A stretch of 64,000 bases of DNA from Cyanidioschyzon merolae (Eukaryota). The notes beneath the pieces are model-generated. The model did not search any database, had not been told where the DNA came from, and saw nothing but the letters and a program-made list of their open reading frames with translations. Of this stretch, positions 12,190-23,158 are shown piece after piece. Both the position numbers and the translations under genes were made by a program. The stretch lies in the NCBI GenBank assembly GCA_000091205.1, contig AP006486.2. The stretch is one strand, 5' to 3'. Each line of letters begins with the position of its first letter. The first letter of the stretch is position 1.

Positions 12190-14330
12190 GTGTCGAGTCC
12201 CGAAGAAAAGGAAGAGAAGAAGGACCGAAAGCAGGAGGCCCTACGTCGAAGGCGGCAAGAAAGACGACTGTACGACGAGAATATGGTGAAAACTTTCTTT
12301 CTTGGACATATCAAGGATCCCTGTAGGGAAAAGTTGCGAGACGCCATTGAAAAACGTGTTGACTCGTACTCGAAGAGTATTGTAAAGACGTTTTCAGGAC
12401 TAATGCATTTGGCGAGGGAGATGTATCGCGACGTAACGCAAATGGAAACAGTCGATGTTCCTGACGCGTTCTTCGATAGGACATGTATTCGATACCTGAT
12501 GCTTGGCACAGCGGAAGCGCGGAGGGAAACTCAGCTAGTGTATGCCCTCCACGAAAAGTTCGCGGAATTCCGCTCCGAGGCTACCCGACACAGGGGTGAA
12601 TGTTGTATTTACGAATACATGGCAATGGGGTGCCTCACGAATGTGAGGAGCCTTAAGATCTTAAACGTCGTTTCGTTCATGATACGCGTTCTCTTTGCGC
12701 TCTACCCGTGCCTTTTTCGGGAAGGGATTCGAGGAACCATCGATGGTATCAAGAACGATTCCCAGCATGAACGGGATATGAACTTTGTTGAGAAGAGGAC
12801 ATCACGGTGGAGAAAGAACGAGGCTTCTGTTCTCCGCTCTACCATTTAAAGGCATCGTTCGGTCTTGGAGCTTGGCACCCCAAGAGAAACACTTTCAGAT
12901 ATGAGAAAAGAAGAGAGATGTTCCCCCCCTCATCCTGCCTCACTTCATGTTATTTGACCGAGAACTCCGACGGAAGGCCCAAATAGAGCTAAGTATGGAA
13001 AAAATGACGGGTGGGAGAAACGGCATTGAAGTGGTTTTCCAGAAGCGCTTCAATTTCGTTTTTTATGCGAGTTCAAGTCGCATTTTGTGATTATCGACTG
13101 TAGAGGCCTTTTACGACTTCATGAAGGAGATCTATTTAGAGCTCGATGTAATAAACCGAGAGGTCATCGGCGAAAACAGGGACACCGACTAGAAGATTAT
13201 TTTCGATATCACGTGTCTCGAACCGGCCAAAAAAGGTATTCCAGCGGACAATCGATTTCGATATTGTGTACATAAGTGTACATCAAATGCTGTTGCAGGC
13301 ACTTCATCCTATCCCGTCTTCGTTATCGCCCTTGCCGAAGCACGAAAACAAGAAGACGGGCCGCGAAACGCATAGTCCCCATGAAAACGGCTTTGTCGTC
13401 GGCCCTAGCCCCTGAAACACGAGTATCATGACCTTTGCTGTACCCAAGCGTGAGTGCGATGGCACTGACCGAAACTCACGTCAGAAAGACAGCAGGATTT
13501 TGGGGATCTCACGAGAGAAATACTACCAAGAAGCGGGAATCATGAATGCAAGCAAGAAAATTGAGACATGAAATGCAGGAATGAAGGATCTCCTGGAATC
13601 TTTGAGCGAGGTGACGAGCCGAGAAGCGGATTTTGAAGCTTCTCGGAAATTCATAGAAGGTTCGCGTTGCTCATTAGGAGGTACTGTGGAAAGAATATAC
13701 AATGCCCCGGTGGGCTCGAATGCGAATGAATCTGGACTGTGGTAAGCAGCGGGCATTTGCGAATTGTTTCAGCCAGTTGTGCCCTGGAGGAGGATCAGAG
13801 TCAGATGCTCATTGTAGCGTATGGGGCAGGGCGCTGGAAGACCCAAAAAAGGTTTACGCCAGCTCCATCGACAAGAACATATAAGGAGTGCGCAAGGCGA
13901 TTCGTTACGATATAAGTAGATGAGCTTCGAATGACCTATACACACCATAAAGTGGGGTGCACACTTCAGAGAGTGGAGATGGAAAAGTGCCAGCGGAGCC
14001 CTGGGGAAACAGCAAAGTACGGACAGCTGACGAAAGAGCAAATGGAAAGAAGAGCCAAGTTCGTGGACTAGTTGCATTAGTGAGTACAACCCGCAACGGC
14101 ACGAAACAGATAGAGTTTGGGGATCGAGACTTTAACGCCGCCATCAATGGAAGGAAATGCGCGGTGCTGGAGAAAAGACCTCCAAAGTGGACACGAGGGA
14201 TCTTTATTGGACAACCTCTCAGAGTCGAACTATATGAGAAAAAAATTGGAAGCAGTCGTGGGTGGCCGGTCGAGAAAGACTGAGATGCGTTTGCACGTCA
14301 GCTGGAGACTTCTTGTCTAGGGCGCCGGTC
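12190..14330 (+). mobile_element. Degraded TnpB/Fanzor-like (IS200/IS605 OrfB family) element relic. A KR-rich N-terminal ORF (12190..12849) is followed by broken frames and a C-terminal RuvC-III-like motif at 14119..14182.
   Basis: ORF 13957..14283 encodes ...KQIEFGDRDFNAAINGRKCAVLEKRP, matching the TnpB/Fanzor RuvC-III signature (D.NAA.NI..RG). A second paralogous relic lies at 49959..50960 with nucleotide identity 24/25 over cgagacNttaacgccgccatcaat. The region is an AT-richer island and the usual CxxC...CxxC zinc finger is absent, suggesting decay. Confidence 0.4.
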
Positions 14331-14439
14331 ACCACTACTGTACACCGCTGGCGGCTACAACGTTATTCTTTTCAAAGACGTTTGTTTCCAGGGATGAATA
14401 CTGAGCGTCCACAGCAGCACACCTCTCCTTCGAACGCGT

Positions 14440-17400
14440 CTAGTTCATGAAACCGACACAACCCGGCTCGCCGCATAGACATGGGATTTTCATCGCATTG
14501 TCTACGTCGAACATGTAGTTGTAGGTCAGCTCCTCGCCGCGTTTAATCGCTCGAGCGCTGCGAATAACAATCACATCCTGCTTCGGTTCGTCGCTGATTC
14601 GCAGGATTTCGCTGTAGCAATTCGGACGACAAGAATGGTTAATATAGCGTGCGACGCTCCCAATCATTGTCGCATCAATCACCCAATCAGCATCTATACG
14701 AAACATGTAGCACCCAATGCCACGGCGCTCGTAGTGGCGCTCCCGAACGTCGGCCACTGGTGAGGCAATCCGCTCTCCAGCGTACTCAACGATCATCTGA
14801 TCGGCTTGGAGGTCACAGCGCGCAAACAAACCGAACCCGTGGATTCGAGAGCGCAACGGAACACAGTACTTGCGGTGTTCGAGCTGCATCTGTCGATACA
14901 GCCGACGATCAGTTGCCGTTGCAGAGACTACTCGCCAGGCGTCTCGCCTTGGAGGCACACGATCCTGCTCTGGACGTGATCGCAGTGCGCTGCACGCCCG
15001 CTCTGCAGACCCCGGGATATCGGATGCAGCTGATCGCTGTGCAAGGAGCGGGTCATATGCTGCTCCCGCTAACGCACGCTCAAACACTTCCAGGGATCGA
15101 TGCACAGGTGCAAGCTTACTCCATTTTGACTCGTTACTCGGGCGCAAGTACAGGGAACAACGTGCTGCGCCCGCGGATCGCGCTGTCGGGGATGCACCTC
15201 CGACGTCGTGGTCCGGAGAGGTATCCGCGGGCACCGACGCCAACATGCTCGTGGCTAGGTGCTGCACCAGCACCGGCACAGGGCAAAAGAAGCGCTCCGC
15301 AAGTGCCTGACGTTCTTCTGTCGATCGTTCAGCGATGCACTTGGTGAAAAGATGCGTCAAGCGCGCCGGAAGACGCGCTGCCCACAACCGCAGCACACGG
15401 GATATCATCTGGTGCCATAGCGCAGTGATGCACACGCCACTTAACCGATCGTGCGGTGCATCCAGAGCGCACAGCGAGTACCGCGGCTCGTGCGCTACGT
15501 CCGCTGTGCAACTGATAAAGTAAAGCGTTCGTTCAAAGGGTCGGATCATACTCCAAAAGCGCCGCGCTAGGTAACAATCTGGCGGCAGTCGCCACTGAGC
15601 TTCTGTCGATTCCAGCGATGTGCAGTCCAGCGCACCGTAATCGAGCAGTGTCCAGGCACCGACTCGCAATGCTGGTCTCGCATTTAGCGACAAACCGCGT
15701 ACATCCGACGGCAAAGAGTGACCCATACTCGAAAAGGGAAAACTCCACCCCGAGGGTGCAAGTCCAGCTGTCGCCTCGCGACCAAGCAGCGAGCGATGCT
15801 TCCAACACCAGCACAGGCTGCGATGATCGGAGCATTCCCACATAGCATCAGCACCAGCAGCGTTAGCATGTGTCGCTACACAGCGTACGTGAAAGACTTG
15901 GGTACAGCCCAAAAAAGAGCAGAACACAGAGGCACCCGTACGACGACACACAGAACACTTTCTGGACAAGGCAGCTTGTATCGTGCGAGAAAGGCCGGCT
16001 CCCGTTTGCGTCGACAGCGCCAAACAGCCCATGTGAATCCAGCGCAGGGTGCTTTCGGAGAGTCGCAATGGCACCAGACATCCGAGCTGCGCGCTTTCAC
16101 CTCGCTCGGGGCAAGCACATAGCGCACAACGCCGACAATCGGGAACCGCACAGAGACGCGACCACACTAGGTGCTCTGCTTGTAACGCATCTGGTGTAGC
16201 ATGTGGCGCTTGAACCCCAAACGAGGCGGATACACGCTGGCCCAGCGGCCGGCAGACAGTGACTTCAGGCACTGGGTCACGAGTTCCGTATTGGCTTAGT
16301 GAGGTATCGTTCCCCATCAAACACACCGTGTTCTCCTGCACTCCAGTTTCTGCTTCACAATTCGCAAGCATCATGTGCGCATCGATATACACCGAGTTTT
16401 GCGAATGAAGATGTTCTGCTTCGAAGGAGTTTTCCTGCTTCATCACGAGCGGCGTCCGATCGGTGCCCTCTATCCGCGTACCTGAGGCCAAGTGCGAAGC
16501 GAACGCTCCGTCTTGCACGCTCGTCAAAGCGCACGCGCCCAATGGTAGCTGTGCCTCGCACGATACATCCCGCAACCGCGTTCCCGCGAGGCAGTCTCGT
16601 AAAGGGTCTGCGCACTCAGATTCCATAGCGTCCGCATTGCACGCTAGAAGAGGTGCCTCAGAGACACGCCCCTGGCCTGAGGAGCTGCTCACCTTCGGCG
16701 AACGTGAGCAAGCAGGGCCCGTTGCCGCCAGCGTACCGGGAACATGCTGTCGCTTGACCTGATCGCCAGGAAGCGTACTGGTTGCGTTCGAGGTTGCTGC
16801 TGCTGCTGCTGCTGCTGCTGCTTCACAATCACCGCAAAGCAGCAGTGGCATAGCACCGCCGTGGCCGCTATCCAGCCGCCGACCGCAGACAACGCACGGT
16901 ACGGACGAGAGCGTCAGCAGCCACGGAGGCTCCTGAACGGAACTTGGCTCACCACGCTGCAGAACTTGCATCGAATCCCGTTTCCATGCATTCGATTCTG
17001 AGGCATCCTGTCCCGTGTTCTTTGACGCAACGGCTGCATAGGTGCCCGCCTCCTGTTCGACACCGGCTCTGTACGAATTCCTCGGCAAAGGCAAAGCACG
17101 TCCAGGGGTATCCACCTCCGGATAAGGAACGCGCTCCGAGCCTCCGCCTCCGGTGATGCGTCGAGAAGCGGCAAAAGAAGCAGCGCCGGCAGCAGCGAAC
17201 GACACAGGTGGCCTGCGCTTCACAGCGCCAAACGCGGAGGAGTCAGGTACGGCCTCGTTATCCATACAGGGCGCTTGCATCGAGTGATCGACCTCCAGAG
17301 GCACCTCCGAGTCGTTATGCTCGGTTCCTGTGTTCCATAGAACCTGTTCGGACCGTTCTATACTGGATTCGGTTGGTGTTCCTTGACGATCCGCAGGGTG

Positions 17401-20172
17401 ACAGGATGATTCTGCTTCAGGTACAGATGGCAGTGGTATGGAGACGGCGCAGCTGGTACAATTCGGGATCACGCGAATCGGACCCAAGTCCAGCAGATGC
17501 AGCCGACCTGAAGACGACTCGTACTGCTGCTCTTGATGCTGGCATTCCGCGTGATACGCCTCGCCACAAAGCCAGCAAAAGAGCGCCGATGCGCCTGATT
17601 CGTCCACGGTGCCATGACACAGCGCGCAAACATCCCGCTCGAGCGGAATCAGAATTCGGCAAGGAATCAGCGGATCGACTTGAGGTTGAGGAGGTACTTC
17701 CCAGTCGAGCACACCCATCACCTGGGCGTTAGTCTGGTACTCGAGTTGTGCGCGCTCATCGTGGACAACGGAGCGATCATGGCAGCCTGAGTCGATGCGT
17801 TCGCTTGGCGTTCGACACGGTGCAACGAACAGACTACCCGGCTTGCCCGGGACGTTACTTTCGGAAGCAGTCACCTGAGAGCCTGCAGCTGGCGCCGTCT
17901 CTGTGGCAGCGGCCGCGGACAGCGACATCTGGACAAGACTGGTACCCTCGGATGGAGTAGATACTGTCATCAGAGCGTCTGCAGTGACAGCGGATACTCG
18001 CTTTGCCCTCTTGGTCCCATCCGGGCGTGAATGCAACCGAGAGCGTTCGAGTGCCTCCAGCGTGCGCTCCGCAAACGTTACCCAGGACAATGGCTCACAG
18101 TCACCGAACTGAAGCTCTCGTGTGAGCTCCCACAAGCGGTAATTCTCCTGCTCCGTAGTGGCCTCCGAGTGGTGACGACGCTTCCTTTGCCTGCCGGTCA
18201 CCGAATTGCGCTTACCAAGTGCATCATCACCGCGAAACTGAACCTGGGCAACAACACTGCCTCGAGGTGTCTGCAGTGCAGTATCCTGCGGAACCTGCCG
18301 GGAAGCGCGCTCCCCGTTTGCTGATTCCCCTCTGCCGAAACGTACACCGCCGTGCTGCTGCAGTTTTCTCGAAAAGTTTAGCCGCATCACAGCGCTTACC
18401 TGGGACGCTCCAGTCTCCTGCCCCACTGAGTGGCCGCCTTGTCTAGAGGAGAGCGCGTTTTTGGAGTCCCCGGAAGCGCCGCCACCAGCACCGGAAGGAC
18501 CGGTGTGCGTCGCCACCTCACGATCGTACACCTCGACGGGTACCGAACAACGCGAGACATTCCTCGACTGCCCTGTACGAGCGCCGTAACTCGGTTCAAC
18601 GGTACACTCGGACGCGCATGAGGCTCGAAGCTCCGCAAAATCCTTCACAGCGCTTTCGTTCGATGCAGCGGGACTGCTGGTCAGCGCAGATGCCAAGTGA
18701 GCTCGCTCCGGCGATGTTACAGCATCTTGTTGCTGCAAGCGTCGACGAGAAGCTGTATTGACAAGGTGCGTATCCGGACAAGCGTCCGGACGGCGTTTCC
18801 TGGACTTTGTGGGTCGTCTCGCTCGCACAGGGACCGTTTCAATCGCCAAAAATGGACTGTGGAGCTGGAGATCAGAGCGCTTACCACCATCTCCACCACT
18901 GCGAGGTTGTTTGTCGGGATTGTATGTGGCCAGAGGGCGAAGTCGCTCGCCCTGGTGTTCCATGTTCGCAGGCGAGACTTCCGGGACACGCTGGACAAGA
19001 GCGGCGTCAGTTTGTATTTTCTTCATAATCAAGCGCTTTCTCTTGGTGCTCGCATCGTCACAAGTGTTTTGCTGCATCAGCGGCGTCTGTGAATACCAAC
19101 TAGCAGGCGCAGCTAGCGAGCCAATGATATGAGAAACCTCCCGGCATACGCGAGACTTGCGCTGCGGGTGCCTCTTCCATGCAGGTCCACGGTTTGCTGG
19201 AGACGGCACTGCTGGCGTCGCGGTTGCCAGTCCGGTATGGCGGTGGCGGTATTGCTTCCGCCCGGTTGCTGTTTGAACAGCGTGCCCGGTATCCATGCCG
19301 TGCTCATTGTACACCTGCAAAGCGTCACGGCTATCGTTGTGCTCGATTTGCTTCCAATCGCGGGCACCAGACTGTCGTCCGCGACTTGTCCATGAATGCG
19401 TAGACACTGCTTGAGCATTCTCGACACCTGCTGCTCCGTTGCCGCGCTTCAAGCGCCGCTGCGACGGCGCTCTACGAGCGCTTCGCTCAGAAGACGCTTT
19501 GGTTGATTCTGGGGGTGCACTTGCCGTTTCATCCCGACGTTTTGCAGCCAGATGCTGTCGATCCTTTGCAGTGGACACGCTCGCATCAATGCATCCATTC
19601 GGGGATGCGTCTCTTCGAACAGCACGGCCCTTGACAGCCTCTAACTGAACCAGCAGATTAGCGCTGGCCGGCACATCGAGCGTGGCAAGCTCCGAGCCCC
19701 TAAAAAAGCCACATTCCTCAGCGTCCTTCCGGTGAAGACAACAAAAAACCTGTCGTCGTCGCTTACACACAGCAGCACCAACTTTCAGTGCACAGCGCAG
19801 GTGGTAGTACGTCCAGCAGGTTCTCGGACTGCGGTAAGCGCAGGTGATGGTCCCACCAGGTTGTCCACAAACACTGCAGCGAATCGAGTTGCCCCGACGC
19901 ACGACAGAGCCCACCAGGAGCTCATCGATTTCGTTTCGACCCTGACACTCGGCACTGAAGCGCACACACTCTTCATGTACATAAATAGGTTTCTTTGCTG
20001 GTGGTTTGGGTTTCAGTGGCCCCAGTAACTTACCTTCTATACCGCTTGCGTCCTGGTCTAGGCCGCACAGTGCACAGCGTACGCTATCCGCAACGTGCGC
20101 TCCATCCTTCCGTCGACGAGGATTCGCCGGTAACAACTCAGACTTTGACCTTGGACAGAGGCGTCGTGGCAT
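14440..20172 (-). CDS. Histone-lysine N-methyltransferase of the KMT2 (SET1/MLL/Trithorax-like) type: several PHD and extended-PHD fingers, and a C-terminal SET plus post-SET domain
   Basis: The C-terminus ...GIGCYMFRIDADWVIDATMIGSVARYINHSCRPNCYSEI...RGEELTYNYMFD...IPCLCGEPGCVGFMN carries the SET motifs NHSC and ELTYNY and a post-SET CxCxxxxC. PHD-like fingers include CALCHGTVDESGASALFCWLCGEAYHAEC and CSVCGQPGGTITCAYRSPRTCWTYYHLRCA. The ORF is 1938 aa with the track start at TTG 20256; the first in-frame ATG is at 20172. It contains a (GCT)n/poly-Gln tract near 16794-16822. Confidence 0.8.
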   Translation of the reverse strand: MPRRLCPRSKSELLPANPRRRKDGAHVADSVRCALCGLDQDASGIEGKLLGPLKPKPPAKKPIYVHEECVRFSAECQGRNEIDELLVGSVVRRGNSIRCSVCGQPGGTITCAYRSPRTCWTYYHLRCALKVGAAVCKRRRQVFCCLHRKDAEECGFFRGSELATLDVPASANLLVQLEAVKGRAVRRDASPNGCIDASVSTAKDRQHLAAKRRDETASAPPESTKASSERSARRAPSQRRLKRGNGAAGVENAQAVSTHSWTSRGRQSGARDWKQIEHNDSRDALQVYNEHGMDTGHAVQTATGRKQYRHRHTGLATATPAVPSPANRGPAWKRHPQRKSRVCREVSHIIGSLAAPASWYSQTPLMQQNTCDDASTKRKRLIMKKIQTDAALVQRVPEVSPANMEHQGERLRPLATYNPDKQPRSGGDGGKRSDLQLHSPFLAIETVPVRARRPTKSRKRRPDACPDTHLVNTASRRRLQQQDAVTSPERAHLASALTSSPAASNESAVKDFAELRASCASECTVEPSYGARTGQSRNVSRCSVPVEVYDREVATHTGPSGAGGGASGDSKNALSSRQGGHSVGQETGASQVSAVMRLNFSRKLQQHGGVRFGRGESANGERASRQVPQDTALQTPRGSVVAQVQFRGDDALGKRNSVTGRQRKRRHHSEATTEQENYRLWELTRELQFGDCEPLSWVTFAERTLEALERSRLHSRPDGTKRAKRVSAVTADALMTVSTPSEGTSLVQMSLSAAAATETAPAAGSQVTASESNVPGKPGSLFVAPCRTPSERIDSGCHDRSVVHDERAQLEYQTNAQVMGVLDWEVPPQPQVDPLIPCRILIPLERDVCALCHGTVDESGASALFCWLCGEAYHAECQHQEQQYESSSGRLHLLDLGPIRVIPNCTSCAVSIPLPSVPEAESSCHPADRQGTPTESSIERSEQVLWNTGTEHNDSEVPLEVDHSMQAPCMDNEAVPDSSAFGAVKRRPPVSFAAAGAASFAASRRITGGGGSERVPYPEVDTPGRALPLPRNSYRAGVEQEAGTYAAVASKNTGQDASESNAWKRDSMQVLQRGEPSSVQEPPWLLTLSSVPCVVCGRRLDSGHGGAMPLLLCGDCEAAAAAAAAATSNATSTLPGDQVKRQHVPGTLAATGPACSRSPKVSSSSGQGRVSEAPLLACNADAMESECADPLRDCLAGTRLRDVSCEAQLPLGACALTSVQDGAFASHLASGTRIEGTDRTPLVMKQENSFEAEHLHSQNSVYIDAHMMLANCEAETGVQENTVCLMGNDTSLSQYGTRDPVPEVTVCRPLGQRVSASFGVQAPHATPDALQAEHLVWSRLCAVPDCRRCALCACPERGESAQLGCLVPLRLSESTLRWIHMGCLALSTQTGAGLSRTIQAALSRKCSVCRRTGASVFCSFLGCTQVFHVRCVATHANAAGADAMWECSDHRSLCWCWKHRSLLGREATAGLAPSGWSFPFSSMGHSLPSDVRGLSLNARPALRVGAWTLLDYGALDCTSLESTEAQWRLPPDCYLARRFWSMIRPFERTLYFISCTADVAHEPRYSLCALDAPHDRLSGVCITALWHQMISRVLRLWAARLPARLTHLFTKCIAERSTEERQALAERFFCPVPVLVQHLATSMLASVPADTSPDHDVGGASPTARSAGAARCSLYLRPSNESKWSKLAPVHRSLEVFERALAGAAYDPLLAQRSAASDIPGSAERACSALRSRPEQDRVPPRRDAWRVVSATATDRRLYRQMQLEHRKYCVPLRSRIHGFGLFARCDLQADQMIVEYAGERIASPVADVRERHYERRGIGCYMFRIDADWVIDATMIGSVARYINHSCRPNCYSEILRISDEPKQDVIVIRSARAIKRGEELTYNYMFDVDNAMKIPCLCGEPGCVGFMN

Positions 20173-20699
20173 CGACGCCAGCACAAGTGCTAGCGTCAAT
20201 TGCGGACTTCGCTTCCTCCCGACACGTTTAGGTACAAGTAGCCAACTACCTGACAACAGCGAGACCTAGAGTTTAACGAAAACGCAGCACACGTCAACTC
20301 CAGTGGACTCAACTGCGCTCTAAGTACCGAGCGATACCAACAGACCTGCACTTGATCAGGTCCTCCCTGTATACCACCAAAGTCTGGAGGTTTTCCCCAG
20401 ACCAAACGACACCACGACAACCCGTAGAGGCGAATAGCGCGCGCAAAGCCTTTCTTGCCGCTTCGTACTCGGCAGTGCGGCGCCAAAAGGGTACGCGCTG
20501 AACCTGCAACTGCGTCGCCTTTGCTGGGCAGCGATATATGCGCTTTGCCCAGCTTTTGGCACTGGACAGGTCTCCGGGCACGCTGTTTTGCAGTTCAAGG
20601 GCCAACATCGGCACGGACGCTGTGCAACAGCGGCACTTGGGGCCTAACGCTGTCCTCCCGTGACTGGCACGACCCCGGACTGGTTTGCGCTTTTCGAAG

Positions 20700-22208
20700 A
20701 TGCAATCTACGGGGAATACGCTCCTCGGACGCAGCTGCAGGTTACTGCGACTGCGACTGCAGTTGCATAATCATCATCGTCCACAACAGCAGCAGCAGCA
20801 ACAGTCGATTCGTCTGATTCACCGGACAATACCTTCATGGAACAGACATGGCGGAGCCAAGTCAAGCGAGAGCTACGCGCGCACCCCTGAACGACGAGGT
20901 GCTCGCTACTCATCGGTAACGAGCTGGCAGGCCAAGTGCTTGCCATCACTGCGCGGTGCTCCAGGACGACGCAACAGCCGCTGGGCCTCTGTGCTGAACT
21001 CCGCTCTACTATTTGTGTCTGGTGCACTGGTCGTAACTCTGCCCAGCTGGTGTAGCACCGAGTGGTGGCGGTTGCCACTCGGCTCTTTCTGGAAACGCTT
21101 TCAAGCACAGGCGGCAGCGCTTGGTGACGCGCTGAGCGCTGAGGCGTCCGCGGCACAACCTGAAGCGAGCGCTGGACTTCCGAGTATACGCGATAAGCCG
21201 CTGACGCGCTTCGCAATCGCAGACGCGGCAGCTCGTGTTGCCCCGGCAGTTGTCAACATCACCGTCACGGTATCGACGGGTGATCGCTGGCTCTTTGGAC
21301 CTTTTGCGCCTCCGACAACGCTCGCCCAGTCCACTGGTTCGGGATTCATCTTCGACAGTAACGAGGGACTGGTGCTCACCAATGCACATGTTGTTGCGGA
21401 AATGCGCAACGCACCCCAGACGAGTGCGTTGACGGTTACGCTGCAGGATGGACGCTCTTTCTCGGGTGCCGTCGAGAGCGTCGATGCACTCACGGATCTC
21501 GCCATCGTTCGAATTCTGGACCCGGGAACAGACTTGCCGGCAGCCGAATTGGGTGAGTCGAGCGCGTTACGAACTGGCGAATGGGTGATTGCTGTTGGGA
21601 GTCCATTGATGCTTGCGAACACAGTGACCTGCGGGATTGTGAGTGCGACCAACAGAGAGGGTTTCGAGATTGGCTTTCCAGTGGGAGCGCCGCGGTTGGC
21701 CTTTATTCAGACGGATGCGGCGATCAATATCGGCAACAGTGGTGGCCCTCTGGTGAATCTCGACGGTCACGTGATTGGGATTAACACGCTGAAAGCGCTC
21801 AGTTCGGATGGGATCTCGTTTGCACTGCCCATTGATCTCGCCAAGGAGGTAATCCGGCAGCTACGCCAGCACGGTCGAGTGGTGCGTCCGTTTCTAGGCC
21901 TCAAACTACTCACGCTGACACCGGCGCTTGCCGAGGAATTACGACGACGTTCGAGCAGCGGCTTTCCGCCCGATGTGAACGAGGGCGTATGTGTGCCGCA
22001 GGTTCTCCCGGGTGGACCGGCGGAGCGCGGTGGACTTCGCGCTGGTGACGTGATCGTTGCCATCGATGGACAACCTGTTCGTAGCACCCGCGAGATCTTG
22101 GATCTGCTGGGGAATCGGGTAGGACATGCGATCGAGTTTACAGTGATTCGCGGACGTAGAGGCCAGCGAATCACGCTGCAGATTACGCCAGAGCAAGCCA
22201 AAGGCTGA
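20700..22208 (+). CDS. HtrA/DegP-family trypsin-like serine protease with a C-terminal PDZ domain (HtrA2/Omi-like), an N-terminal poly-Gln stretch and one predicted TM helix
   Basis: Catalytic-triad context GSGFIFDSNEGLVLTNAHVV ... D ... GNSGGPLVNLDGHVIGINT. PDZ-like GVCVPQVLPGGPAERGGLRAGDVIVAIDGQPV. Hydrophobic segment LNSALLFVSGALVVTLPSW. First ATG at 20700 (track start 20685 is TTG). Confidence 0.8.
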   Translation: MQSTGNTLLGRSCRLLRLRLQLHNHHRPQQQQQQQSIRLIHRTIPSWNRHGGAKSSESYARTPERRGARYSSVTSWQAKCLPSLRGAPGRRNSRWASVLNSALLFVSGALVVTLPSWCSTEWWRLPLGSFWKRFQAQAAALGDALSAEASAAQPEASAGLPSIRDKPLTRFAIADAAARVAPAVVNITVTVSTGDRWLFGPFAPPTTLAQSTGSGFIFDSNEGLVLTNAHVVAEMRNAPQTSALTVTLQDGRSFSGAVESVDALTDLAIVRILDPGTDLPAAELGESSALRTGEWVIAVGSPLMLANTVTCGIVSATNREGFEIGFPVGAPRLAFIQTDAAINIGNSGGPLVNLDGHVIGINTLKALSSDGISFALPIDLAKEVIRQLRQHGRVVRPFLGLKLLTLTPALAEELRRRSSSGFPPDVNEGVCVPQVLPGGPAERGGLRAGDVIVAIDGQPVRSTREILDLLGNRVGHAIEFTVIRGRRGQRITLQITPEQAKG

Positions 22209-22285
22209 CTGCGACTGTCCGAGCGAGCCCGTACAGCAGCCTGAAGCAGAACATAGACCTCGAGGCCTGCCGCACAGTCCTCTTG

Positions 22286-22305
22286 CTTTCCGTTGCAGCG
22301 GCGGC

Positions 22306-22331
<26 letters not shown>
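22286..22331. repeat. (GCG)n trinucleotide microsatellite in a GC-rich intergenic region
   Basis: Direct reading gcagcggcggcggtggcggcggcggcggcggcggcggcggcggcag. Confidence 0.8.
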
Positions 22332-22338
<7 letters not shown>

Positions 22339-23158
22339 AGGTTCAGCACCTGATATGAACTGCGGCACACGAGCCGGGTAACCACCACGATCTCATCTGG
22401 TGTATTCATGCCTTGATCCGCAGGCTTTTTTCGACACACCCGAGCGGGCCCACCGGATGGGTTTGTGCGAAAATCCCAGCGGATTCGAACGCAGCCGCGT
22501 TTTTGCAGAACGTGGCACGCTGTCCAGGCAGATGCTTGCAAGGCGGAAAACTTTCAGATCGTTACCGTGCAACTGCCGCTCAGTACCCTGACCCGCTGAG
22601 CAACGACCTCGCAGCCAAGCCACAGCGGCTGGAAGCGCATTTGTGCGTTCCAGCACTGCACCATGAATCGACAGAACGACGTGCACACAAGACATCAGCG
22701 CCAGCTGCTACAGTACCACCTCCGTATCGATGCTGCCATCGTGTATGCAGCGCGCATGCTGCTTTGAACATTGAAGAGCGCGCTGCTGGCGCTGGTGCGT
22801 CTCATGCACCCAGTCCGCCTGGTGCTCTGGAACTCGCCTCTGGCAGGATCCTATCGAACACAGCGCCTGATGCGTACCCTGTGCATATCCCGACACCACC
22901 GATCTTTTCCGCAAACAAAGGTGCGCGCTACACAACGGATGCACGATCGAGGTCGTCATCCGGACACGTGTCCACAACGACACGCATGACGCAGGATGCG
23001 TGCGCGCCGCCTCATCAGCCACCGCGGAGACGCACACACGACCTCCTTCGCTACCACGCTTCGACTGTGTTGAGCATGGTGCGGGATCCCGCTCGACGCT
23101 GGTATGCAGCCGCGTGCCACTGCCCGCATATGTGCACGCGTGCTTCCGTCAGTTCGCA

